Source: Eledone cirrhosa (Eukaryota). From it: a stretch of 64,000 bases of DNA. The notes beneath the pieces were generated by a model. The model was not told the origin of the DNA. It was given only the letters and a program-made list of their open reading frames with translations, and ran no database searches. The DNA is taken from positions 6,696,001 to 6,760,000 of the forward strand of contig OZ024741.1 in the NCBI GenBank assembly GCA_964016885.1. The letters are read 5' to 3'. This document shows, in pieces, positions 50,763 through 61,900 of this stretch; position 1 is the first letter of the stretch; each line of letters starts with the position of its first letter. The position numbers were made by a program, and so were the translations under genes.

Positions 50763-52474
50763 CTACCTGTTCGGCTCCTGAGGAGCATGTTGCACAATAT
50801 CCATGGGCGTATTGGAGGGGTTGTTTGGTGGGGTGTTGTTCTGTGGTGGGGTGGGGGTGTTTGGTGAGGTGTGGGTGGGGAAACGTTTCAAGAGGACGCG
50901 GTTATAGGGTCGAGTACATGTTTTCCCCACGTCCTCAGGAAAGTTCTCTCTTAGTTTTGCATAGGTGTTCATTGGGAGTCTTATCATTTTTAAATGCGGT
51001 TTGTTGGCCGCGCTTGCAAAGAATTGCCCTTCAGTTTCCACCGAAGGGTCTTTGTGTATTGTTTTTACTAGTTCTTTGTTATTTGTGTTAATGTATGTAT
51101 ACTGTTTTATTTGTGTTGTGTTTGTTTGTTTGTTCTTGTGTGTGCTTACGTTTTGTTGTATGTGTTATGTTTTGGGGTGGGGCGGATTTTGTTTGTTCTG
51201 TTTGTTTTGTTTTTGTTGGTGGTTGTGTGTTTGTTTCGTTTATGTTCGAGTGGTGCTTTCTTTTTTTCCTTTTTACAGGTTGGAAGGGTCCCCCCTCTTC
51301 GTCACTAGGTGCTGTTTCAGTTGGGTCCTCGTCCGTGCTGTCGGGTAGTGGTGTATTTTGGGGTTTTGTTGTGTTTGTGTGTGTTTTTGGAGTTGTTTTG
51401 GGTGGGGCCGTGTCTTGTGTTATTTTTCCGTGTTGTTGTTGTTGTTGTTGTGGTGGTGGTGGTGGTGGTGTGTGGGGTGTAGGCAAAAGAGCCTTTTTTT
51501 TTGTCAATTGAGGACAGGCAGCCCTTAGATGACCCCGGCTTGAACAGTAGTAACATATGGGCCTCCTACCCTCGGCTGAAATGTATATAAATGTTTCTCC
51601 ATCGAGGGACACCCTCTGTGGTATTCTAGCTATTCGTTCTGGTCTCATTTGGACCAGAACGTCCACGCTCAAACCGCCGAAAACGTCTGTGGTGACTTCT
51701 CCTACTGAAAGGATTCCGTCCTCGTCTTCTTAAAATCCTGTTAGTACCCAGGAAATGCATGCATTTGGCCGGATTCCAGAGACTCTTATTTTCTGCGTTC
51801 TTTTCCCCAAATATGTGGGGAAAAATGTGTGTAGCTTGGAAACAATTGGCGCCACAGTATTTCCTGGCCGTCAATTGATCCTTCATTAGCACCGTTATAT
51901 TCCCATAGAGTGGCCCTTTTTGTATGAACGATATATCACTCCACACATTTTTTAGGACCAGCTCAATTTCTTTTTGGGATAATTGAGCTGGTTTCCTTGT
52001 TATGTTGGAAATTGTTCTGAAAGATATCGTTCTTAGTGTCGTGTCTCTTTTGATTTCTTGTGGGGAGGTGATTGTGAAGTCTCCTCCTTCTTTGAAAGTT
52101 ACATACTGTTTTGCTTGCTTCATCTTTTCTCTCAGAGTTGTAATGTCCAGTTGCTTGCAGGTCTGTATTTTCCGGACCGCCTGTGCAAAGGAGGCACCAG
52201 TAGTGGGTTCGCTTTGTTTGGTGTTATCGTTATTGTTTCCTTGGTTGGTGTTGTGACTATTGCTGTTATTGTCATTGTTGTTTTTGTCTGCGTTTATGTG
52301 ACTTTCTGGGTTTTCACCCACTTTTACAAATTTTTCTTTTAATTCCGTGTTCCATGTTTCTTTTGCAGAAGTGAGGAGGGAAGACTTAGAGCCTTGTGCT
52401 TCTAGCTTCTCTGTATCACCTTTCTTAGGGGGCGTGGCTTTCTCGTTAGGATGAGATGTGAAAATTCCGTCCAT
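50763..52474 (-). pseudogene. Tx1-like ORF1 (gag-like nucleic-acid-binding protein), disrupted
   Basis: ATG at 52474 (MDGIFTSH), SFAQAV motif, CYYCSSRGHLRAAC (CX2CX4HX4C) and FQPVKRKKRK. It is split over three ORF-track frames and ends 21 nt before the ORF2 ATG. Confidence 0.82.
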
Positions 52475-52681
52475 TTCTATTAGTTTGCCGTAATAAATTT
52501 TTAACTGGAAAATTCGCCCTAAAAAGGGGCGAAAATAAATAAACTCAAAGTTTGACGACCAAGGCAAGGGGTTAACGTATATTACAGTATAAAAAAATTA
52601 ATCAAAACTCACTTTTGAGTAAGTAAATCCAACTCGGTAGCCGAGCTTGTTCACACACGTCAACACACGTCTCTCGTATAC

Positions 52682-54159
52682 GAGATGTTATGTGAGGTAA
52701 AGCCTTTACTCTGAAAATACAATAGTATATATAGAGTAATGTAAATGTTATGTGAGATATTATGTGAGGTAAAGCCTTTACTGTGAAAATACAATAGTAT
52801 ATATAGAGTAATGTAAATGTTATGTGAGATATTATGTGAGGTAAAGCCTTTACTGTGAAAATACAATAGTATATATAGAGTAATGTAAATGTTATGTGAG
52901 ATATTATGTGAGGTAAAGCCTTTACTGTGAAAATACAATAGTATATATAGAGTAATGTAAATGTTATGTGAGATATTATGTGAGGTAAAGCCTTTACTGT
53001 GACAATACAATAGTATATATAGAGTAATGTAAATGTTATGTGAGATATTATGTGAGATAAAGCCTTTACTGTGAAAATACAATAATATATATAGAGTAAT
53101 GTAAATGTTATGTGAGATATTATGTGAGGTAAAGCCTTTACTGTGAAAATACAATAGTATATATAGAGTAATGTAAATGTTATGTGAGGTATTATGTGAG
53201 GTAAAGCCTTTACTGTGAAAATACAATAGTATATATAGAGTAATGTAAATGTTATGTGAGATATTATGTGAGGTAAAGCCTTTACTGTGAAAATACAATA
53301 GTATATATAGAGTAATGTAAATGTTATGCGAGATATTATGTGAGATAAAGCCTTTACTGTGAAAATACAATAGTATATATAGAGTAATGTAAATGTTATG
53401 TGAGATATGTGAGATAAAGCCTTTACTGTGAAAATACAATAGTATATATAGAGTAATGTAAATGTTATGTGAGATATTATGTGAGATAAAGCCTTTACTG
53501 TGAAAATACAATAATATATATAGAGTAATGTAAATGTTATGTGAGATATTATGTGAGGTAAAGCCTTTACTGTGAAAATACAATAGTATATATAGAGTAA
53601 TGTAAATGTTATGTGAGGTATTATGTGAGGTAAAGCCTTTACTGTGAAAATACAATAGTATATATAGAGTAATGTAAATGTTATGTGAGATATTATGTGA
53701 GGTAAAGCCTTTACTGTGAAAATACAATAGTATATATAGAGTAATGTAAATGTTATGTGAGATATTATGTGAGGTAAAGCCTTTACTGTGAAAATACAAT
53801 AGTATATATAGAGTAATGTAAATGTTATGTGAGGTAAAGCCTTTACTGTGAAAATACAATAGTATATATAGAGTAATGTAAATGTTATGTGAGATATTAT
53901 GTGAGGTAAAGCCTTTACTGTGAAAATACAATAGTATATATAGAGTAATGTAAATGTTATGTGAGGTAAAGCCTTTACTGTGAAAATACAATAGTATATA
54001 TAGAGTAATGTAAATGTTATGTGAGATATTATGTGAGGTAAAGCCTTTACTGTGAAAATACAATAGTATATATAGAGTAATGTAAATGTTATGTGAGGTA
54101 AAGCCTTTACTGTGAAAATACAATAGTATATATAGAGTAATGTAAATGTTATGTGAGAT
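52682..54159. repeat. 60/72-bp minisatellite (~21 homogeneous units)
   Basis: GTGAGGTAAAGCCTTTACTGTGAAAATACAATAGTATATATAGAGTAATGTAAATGTTAT, with or without the 12-bp GTGAGATATTAT. Confidence 0.97.
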
Positions 54160-54262
54160 CATGATTGTCACCGTTCTTCCTCTGGCCAGGTGACCAATGA
54201 TGGTGGTGTGTATTGGTCAACTTCCTTTCATTATTCCAACATTGGTTAATTCTATGTTACAG

Positions 54263-54350
54263 TGTGATGCAGAAGTGTGTGAAAATTGGAGAGGGAGTGT
54301 ATGGAGAGGTTTTCCGAACAACCAAAGCTGGAGAGTCTGTGGCACTAAAA
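54263..54350 (+). CDS. HASPIN: Haspin kinase, coding exon 5 (Gly-rich loop and the VAIK lysine)
   Basis: Acceptor TTACAG|T and donor AAA|GTAAGT. It encodes VMQKCVKIGEGVYGEVFRTTKAGESVALK, compared with human Haspin CEKIGEGVFGEVF..VAIK. Confidence 0.93.
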
Positions 54351-54360
54351 GTAAGTAGTT

Positions 54361-54975
54361 ATCATCACAATTACCACCAGCATCACCACCACCACCACCA
54401 CCATCATCACCATCACCATCACCACCATCATCACCACCACCATCATCACCATCACCATCACCACCACCATCATCACCATCATCACCATCACCAACACTAC
54501 CACCACCACCATCACCATCATCACCATCACCATCATCACCATCACCACCACCATCATCACCATCATCGCCACCATCATCACCATCATCGCCACCATCATC
54601 ACCATCATTAGCATCACCACCATCATTAGCATCATCACCATCATTAGCATTACCATCATTAGCATCACCACCATCATTAGCATCACCACCATCATTAGCA
54701 TCACCACCATCATTAGCATCACCACCATCATTAGCATTACCACCATCATTAGCATCACCACCATCATTAGCATTACCACCATCATTAGCATTACCACCAT
54801 CATTAGCATTACCACCATCATAAGCATCATCACCATCACCACCAACACCACCATCACCACCATCACCACCATCACCACCATCATCACCAACACCACCATC
54901 ACCATTACCATCATCCTCACCACCACCACCATCACTATCACCATCATCATCACCATTACCATCACCACCACCATG
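54361..54975. repeat. Compound (CAC/CAT)n microsatellite with an 18-bp CATCACCACCATCATTAG block
   Basis: Directly visible; it begins ~10 bp after the exon 5 donor. Confidence 0.95.
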
Positions 54976-55543
54976 ATAATCATCATGGCACCAGCTCTAC
55001 TACTTTACAGAGTGTACTGGGTGTATTTACTGTCACCAGCTTTACAATGTTTGACATTAGATAACTCGTCACCTCAGGCTGGGGAGGTAGGGGGAGGCTA
55101 CATATTGCTTGCCAATGGAGGGGGTGAGAAAAAGTTGGTCTCAAGAGTGACATCTGGTGATATATTGTGGGGTGGTGACCCTGTCTTCTATGCTGTCATG
55201 GTTGGACAAGGAACTGGGGAATACTACGATGACATGGTGGTCAAAGAAGTGCTGTTGGAGAGTAGGACAGAATTCCTTCCAATTTCTCAGTACTTTGATC
55301 TGCTGCCACAGCCAACTTTATCTTTTATTCTTGCAAGGAACAATCCATGATGTGTGTGGGGCAGGGGGTTGAGATTGGGTGGTGGGTGGCAGAGTTGTTA
55401 GAACATTGTCTTGTGGGATTTGTTCCAGCTCCTAGTATTTTGGATTTATATCCTGCTTTGGTCTACATGTATGGGGGACTTACAATCCACCCCCTTGTAC
55501 TAGAACCACATATATCATGTCACACAGGTAGTGGTGATCATGA

Positions 55544-56978
55544 TTTGGATTTATCCTTAACTCCAGCTGCTGTGATCAACTTATCGAGTTTCTTGAAGAC
55601 ATCACCCGGATCACTGATGGCGGCTCATGGGTGGATGTTGTTTACCTTGACTTTGCTAAAGCTTTTAATTCTGTGCCACACAAAAGACTTATGGCAAAAG
55701 TCTGCAAGGGGTGTGAGAGATGATCTTTATAACTGGTTGAAGTCCTTCATTCTCAGTCAAAGAGAGGTAGTCACAGTTCTAGGACAGCATTCTTCACCAT
55801 ATGAGATGTCATCTGGTGTACCACAGGGATCTGATCTTGGTCCCTTTTGTTTGTGGCATATATTAATGACATAGATGCCAACTTAAAGAATGCTACAGTA
55901 CTGAAATATGCAGATGACATCAAGCTGTACCTTGAGATAAAAAGGACAGATCCTGAACACTATAGATCTTTCCTCCAATCAGACTTGGACACAATGCAAC
56001 AATGGATCACAGACTGGCAACTCAAGCTAGCTGTGGACAAGTGTACCACAATGCATTTTGGGAGGAAAAACCCAGCGTCCACATACTCCCTCCACAACAC
56101 TAATATCAAGAAGTCTTCTTGTGAATGTGACCTGGGCATTACGGTCAGCAGCAATTTGCGTTGGACGAAGCACATCTGTAAAATTTTCAGGAAGGCCGAG
56201 GGTGTCTTAGCATCACTCAGCAAGACCTTTGTCAGCCACTCTCCAGCTATCTATTTAAAGCTGTACATGGCTATGGTGCGACCACACTTAGAATTTGTAT
56301 CACCAGTCTGGAACCCCTATCTTGCTCAGAACATTGACCGCCTGGAAACTGTTCAGAAACGTAACCAGACAAATACCCTCCATCAGGCATCTACCATACT
56401 CTGAACGCTGGGCAGGGATACATTGAAGCTCCGACGTCTGGCAACTGACTTGGTAAACACCCACAAAATTGTTAACCATCTTGCTAACAACCCTGAGTAC
56501 CTTTTTGATTTCCATGTGTCTAACACACGTGGGCATGCCTACAAAGTTAGAAAACAGCACAGCTCCCATGACTTTTGGAAACATTTTTTCAGTTTCAGAG
56601 TTGCTGAAGCATGGAACAAATTACCTGCATCAGTTGTTAGCTGTCGAGACACTGCATCCTTTAAAACCTCCATGGAACAAACTACCTGCATCAGTTGTTA
56701 GCTGTCGAGACACTGCATCCTTTAAAACCTCCATGGAACAAACTACCTGCATCAGTTGTTAGCTGTCGAGACACTGCATCCTTTAAAACCTCCATGCTTC
56801 CAGAAATTCACCAACACTAAACCTGATATTACCCCTCCATACACATGCACACATGTATTTCATGACTCCATACACTATTCACTTTCCTGACATTTGTACA
56901 TTAATCTATGTACTATACATGCACCTTTGATGAGTTGTAGTGCACCTGAGCACTGTACACAATAATTTCATTATTATT
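55544..56978 (+). mobile_element. 5'-truncated CR1-clade LINE (RT and C-terminus), decayed
   Basis: VDVVYLDFAKAFNSVPH, SGVPQGSDLGP, KYADDIKLY, DLGITVS, VRPHLEF..PVWNPY, TRGH and WNKLP, with a 3' (ATT)n tail. Confidence 0.92.
56610..56796 (+). repeat. 61-bp tandem triplication inside the CR1 3' region
   Basis: CATGGAACAAA(T/C)TACCTGCATCAGTTGTTAGCTGTCGAGACACTGCATCCTTTAAAACCTC starts at 56610, 56671 and 56732, with a closing CATG at 56793. Confidence 0.95.
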
Positions 56979-57024
56979 TTATTTCTTAATTAATTGTGCT
57001 TATTTTCATTAATTATTTCAACAG

Positions 57025-57110
57025 ATCATTCCAATTGAAGGGAACTTCAATGTCAACGAGTGTGCACAGAAAAACTTTGCTGAGATCTTGCCAGAAATTG
57101 TCATTTCACA
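57025..57110 (+). CDS. HASPIN: Haspin kinase, coding exon 6 (alphaC region; absent from the ORF track)
   Basis: Acceptor TTTCAACAG|ATC and donor CA|GTATGT. It encodes IIPIEGNFNVNECAQKNFAEILPEIVIS, compared with human IIAIEGPDLVNGSHQKTFEEILPEIIIS, which is Haspin-diagnostic. Confidence 0.93.
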
Positions 57111-57208
57111 GTATGTTGTTGTTATTATTATTATTAGGGCAGTGGATTGACAGTATAGGTATTGTCTGACGCTCTACCGATTCTGACAATCCATAGTAAT
57201 TATTTTTA

Positions 57209-57425
57209 TGGATTGGCAGAATCAGTAGAGCATCAGGCATGCTTACTGGTATAGAGATACAGCCCTTTATGTTCTGAGTTCAAATCCTGCTGAGGTTAAC
57301 TTTGCCTTTCATACTTACGGGGTCAAAATAAAGTACCAGTTATGCACCGGGGTCGATTTAATCGACTTTCCCCTACCCTCAAATTGTTGGCCTTGTGACT
57401 AAATCAGAAACCATTATTATTATTA
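57209..57425 (+). mobile_element. SINE family B copy with (ATT)n tail
   Basis: TGGATTGGCAGAATCAGTAGAGC...GAGTTCAAATCC...AAAGTACCAGTT...GGCCTTGTGACTAAATCAGAAACCATTATTATT. Confidence 0.82.
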
Positions 57426-58194
57426 TATAGACTGATATGAGCTGCTGTGTACTGAACTGGTATCAACTGCTTTACGACTGTCTTGTATATTGTTGGTTAT
57501 ATTTGTTCCTGTCTAACCTGTTAACTGTGTCTATGGCATCTCGGTGATATTGTTATTGTCTACTTTCAACATGTGGCTGGGAATCTTCATACTAGCTACG
57601 TCTGTTACAAGACTGAAAGTCCAAGCCTTCAAATGAAGGAAAGTTACCTCTGAAAGGTAGACGGAGATAGCTAACATCATCAGCACCTCCATGGTTCATT
57701 ACCACATGATTGCATCTGTCTAAATTTGAGGGTCTGCTCTTTCCATTGTTATGAAAGGGCATTGACTCCTCTCGTCAGCCTGTGTCTGCTGCCAACACCC
57801 TCTGTGAGGAGGGGGATGAGGGCCAGTCATATGTGAGGAGGGGGATGCTGTGGTTGATGAGGGCCAGTCATACGCAGAGATTTGCTGAAGGTGAGCAGGT
57901 TGTGGTCAGTATTTGTCAAGCACGTCTTTCTACAGTTTGTCACATTGACAGAACTATAGACGAAGGTCAAGTGTGGATCAATATTACACATCCAGCATCA
58001 GGAATGTCAGGTGTACACAGTCCTCTACCACTGAATGTAATGTTTAACCCTTGCATTCTCTTGGTCACCCAGCAACTGGACTGTTGTCAGGTGCTGAAGG
58101 ACCAATGGATGAAACGAGGTAGGAAACAGAACTCTGCGCTGGTCCATTTAGTGTTCTGTTTATGACCTGGCCATATTGGTTTGCTGTGTTGTCC

Positions 58195-58405
58195 ATCATC
58201 ATCATCATCGTTTAACACCTATCTTCCATGCTAGCATGGGTTTAGATGGGAATTGTCCCACTTGAGGCAAGATTGGTTGGGTGACCGTGTCTCGTTCGTA
58301 TAGGACTATCTGGCAGGTTTTCTACGGCTGGATGCTCTTCCTAACACCAACCACATTTACAGGAGGTTTTTAGCATGTTACCTAAACGACCACTTTACAG
58401 CGTGG
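58195..58405 (-). mobile_element. 3' fragment of a SINE related to family A
   Basis: (CAT)n-CGTTTAACA..TTCCATGCTAGCATGGG...TTTCTACGGCTGGATGCTCTTCCTAACACCAACC resembles 37000-37120. Confidence 0.65.
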
Positions 58406-58997
58406 ACTGTTTTTTTTTTTTTTTGTTGTGACAGCTACATGACTTCATTTATTTAGGACTGGATGTTGTAGTACCAACTTTACAGAGAAAGGATGGTGTT
58501 GGTGGGAGTGGGAGGGTGGTGTAGGGGTAGTGGTTGGGGTGTATATTTGGTAATTCAGCAAAGAAGATATATATTTCATCAGATTTAGAAAGAAAATCTC
58601 AGCCTTTATTTACCACACTTGGTCACCACAAGACAGTTTTCCTCTGGTGGTGAAGTGGACAATATGACAAGAACTGGTAACAGTTATTCCTCTCCAACCA
58701 AGCCATCAAGTTTTTCAGATACTACTTGAGGAGGAAGATTAGAATGGTGAGGAACATTCTGCCCTCCAGTAAATTTGCTGAAAAATGAATTAGAGTAACA
58801 AGTACGGTGTTGGTGAAATATGCTCCTCTGTAGCTTGTGGGTGGAATAATCGGAAAGGATGGTTGTTTTAGATTCCAGGTAGCCCGGAATTTGTGTGGAC
58901 TTCCCTAATTGGCCGAAACCAGCTCCCTTCTTATTGGAATTATTTTGGTGTCATATTTCCTGCCTATTTATCTAGAGTTGGTGTAAACACCTCACTA

Positions 58998-61900
58998 TTG
59001 TAGTGGTAGTAGTGGTAGTAGTAACAGCAGCAGTAGTAACAAAAGTAGTAGTAACAATAGCAGTAGTAACAATAGCAGTAGTAACAACAGCAGTAGTAAC
59101 AACAGCAGTAGTAACAACAGCAGTAGTAACAGCAGCAGTAGTAACAACAGCAGTAGTAACAGCAACAGTAGTAACAGCAACAGTAGTAACAGCAACAGTA
59201 GTAACAACAGCAGTAGTAACAGTAACAACAGCAGTAGTAACAGCAACAGTAGTAACAACAGCAGTAGTAACAGCAACAGTAGTAACAGCAACAGTAGTAA
59301 CAACAGCAGTAGTAACAGTAACAGCAACAGTAGTAACAACAGCAGTAGTAACAGCAACAGTAGTAACAGCAACAGTAGTAACAGCAACAGTAGTAACAGC
59401 AACAGTAGTAACAGCAACAGTAGCAACAGCAACAGTAGCAACAGCAACAGTAGCAACAGCAACAGCAACAGTAGCAACAGTAACAGTAGCAACAGTAACA
59501 GTACCAACAGTAACAGTAGCAACAGCAACAGTAGTAACAGCAACAGTAGTAACAGCAACAGTAGTAACAGCAACAGTAGTAACAGCAACAGTAGTAACAG
59601 CAACAGTAGTAACAGCAACAGTAGCAACAGCAACAGTAGTAACAGCAACAGTAATAACAGCAACAGTAGTAACAGCAACAGTAGTAACAGCAACAGTAGT
59701 AACAGCAACAGTAGTAACAGCAACAGTAGTAACAGCAACAGTAGTAACAGCAACAGTAGTAACAGCAACAGTAGCAACAGCAACAGTAATAACAGCAACA
59801 GTAATAACAGCAACAGTAGTAACAGCAACAGTAGTAACAGCAACAGTAGTAACAGCAACAGTAGTAACAGCAACAGTAGTAACAGTAGCAACAGTAACAG
59901 TAGCAACAGTAACAGTACCAACAGTAACAGTAGCAACAGTAACAGTAATAACAGCAACAGTAATAACAGCAACAGTAGTAACAGCAACAGTAGTAACAGT
60001 AACAGTAGTAACAGCAACAGTAGTAACAGCAACAGTAGTAACAGCAACAGTAGTAACAACAGTAGTAACAACAACAGTAGTAACAACAACAGTAGTAACA
60101 GCAACAGTAATAACAGCAACAGTAGTAACAGCAACAGTAGTAACAGCAACAGTAGTAACAGCAACAGTAGTAACAGTAACAGTAGTAACAGTAACAGTAG
60201 TAACAGCAACAGTAGTAACAGCAACAGTAGTAACAGCAACAGTAGTAACAACAGTAGTAACAGCAACAGTAGTAACAACAACAGTAGTAACAGCAACAGT
60301 AGTAACAGCAACAGTAGCAACAGCAACAGCAACAGTAGTAACAGTAGCAACAGTAACAGTAGCAACAGTAACAGTAATAACAGCAACAGTAATAACAGTA
60401 ACAGTAGTAACAGTAGTAACAGCAACAGTAGTAACAGCAACAGTAGTAACAGCAACAGTAGTAACAGCAACAGTAGTAACAGCAACAGTAGTAACAGCAA
60501 CAGTAGTAACAGCAACAGTAGCAACAGTAACAGTAGTAACAGTAACAGTAGTAACAGCAACAGTAGCAACAGCAACAGTAGCAACAGCAACAGTAGCAAC
60601 AGCAACAGTAGCAACAGTAGCAACAGCAACAGTAGTAACAGCAACAGTAGTAACAGCAACAGTAGTAACAGCAACAGTAGTAACAGCAACAGTAGTAACA
60701 GCAACAGTAGTAATAGTAGTAACAGCAACAGTAGTAACAGTAACAGTAGCAACAGCAACAGTAGTAACAGCAACAGTAGTAACAGCAACAGTAGTAACAG
60801 CAACAGTAGTAACAACAACAGTAGTAACAGCAACAGTAGTAACAGCAACAGTAGTAACAGCAACAGTAGTAACAGTAGTAACAGCAACAGTAGTAACAGC
60901 AACAGTAGTAACAGCAACAGTAGTAACAGCAACAGTAGTAACAACAACAGTAGTAACAGCAACAGTAGTAACAGCAACAGTAGTAACAGCAACAGTAGTA
61001 ACAGCAACAGTAGCAACAGTAGTAACAGCAACAGTAGCAACAGCAACAGTAGCAACAGCAACAGTAGCAACAGCAACAGTAGTAACAGCAACAGTAGTAA
61101 CAGCAGCAGTAGTAACAGCAACAGTAGTAACAGCAACAGTAGTAACAGCAACAGTAGCAACAGTAGTAACAGCAACAGTAGTAACAGTAACAGTAGTAAC
61201 AGCAACAGTAGTAACAGCAGCAGTAGTAACAGCAACAGTAGTAACAGCAACAGTAGTAACAGCAACAGTAGTAACAGCAACAGTAATAACAGCAACAGTA
61301 ATAACAGCAACAGTAATAACAGCAACAGTAATAACAGCAACAGTAGTAACAGCAACAGTAGTAACAGCAACAGTTGTAACAGCAACAGTAGTAACAGCAA
61401 CAGTAGTAACAGCAACAGTAGTAACAGCAACAGTAGTAACAGCAACAGTAATAACAGCAACAGTAATAACAGCAACAGTAATAACAGCAACAGTAGTAAC
61501 AGCAACAGTAGTAACAGCAACAGTAATAACAGCAACAGTAATAACAGCAACAGTAATAACAGCAACAGTAATAACAGCAACAGTAATAACAGCAACAGTA
61601 GTAACAGCAACAGTAGTAACAGCAACAGTAGTAACAGCAACAGTAGTAACAGCAACAGTAGTAACAGCAACAGTAGTAACAGCAACAGTAGTAACAGCAA
61701 CAGTAGTAACAGCAACAGTAGCAACAGCAACAGTAGCAACAGCAACAGTAGCAACAGCAACAGTAGCAACAGCAGCAGTAGCAACAGCAGCAGTAGCAAC
61801 AGCAGCAGTAGTAACAGCAACAGTAGTAACAGCAACAGTAGTAACAGCAACAGTAGTAACAGCAACAGTAGTAACAGCAACAGTAGTAACAGCAACAGTA

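Larger units (their letters stand above)
47085..52681 (-). mobile_element. Near-full-length Tx1/L1-clade non-LTR retrotransposon, antisense in Haspin intron 4
   Basis: It has a 5'UTR, ORF1 with a CCHC knuckle, ORF2 with APE-RT-Cys domains, and a 3'UTR ending in AATAAAGAAA. It is ~5.6 kb. Confidence 0.93.

Noticed and set aside
47440-52342. Many short + strand ORFs within the Tx1 element
   Set aside because: Antisense shadows of retrotransposon ORFs and low-complexity tracts, with no recognisable domains.
52660-54171. 503-aa repetitive ORF (SHNIYITLYILLYFHSKGFT)n
   Set aside because: Translation of the 60/72-bp minisatellite, whose unit lengths are multiples of 3. It has a GTG start and is antisense in an intron.
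54345-54986. Poly-His and Met/Val-rich ORFs
   Set aside because: Microsatellite translations. A canonical GTAAGT donor at 54351 ends the real exon.
54990-55540. ORFs 54973-55350 and neighbours as a gene or extra Haspin exon
   Set aside because: There are no kinase motifs, and exons 5 and 6 already join in phase with contiguous Haspin sequence. The region starts with a SINE fragment and is probably an unidentified repeat.
57430-58990. Next Haspin exon or ORF 57782-58165
   Set aside because: I could not find an acceptor-bounded frame encoding the expected ELSxL continuation, and the ORF has no recognisable homology. The next exon probably lies beyond the window.
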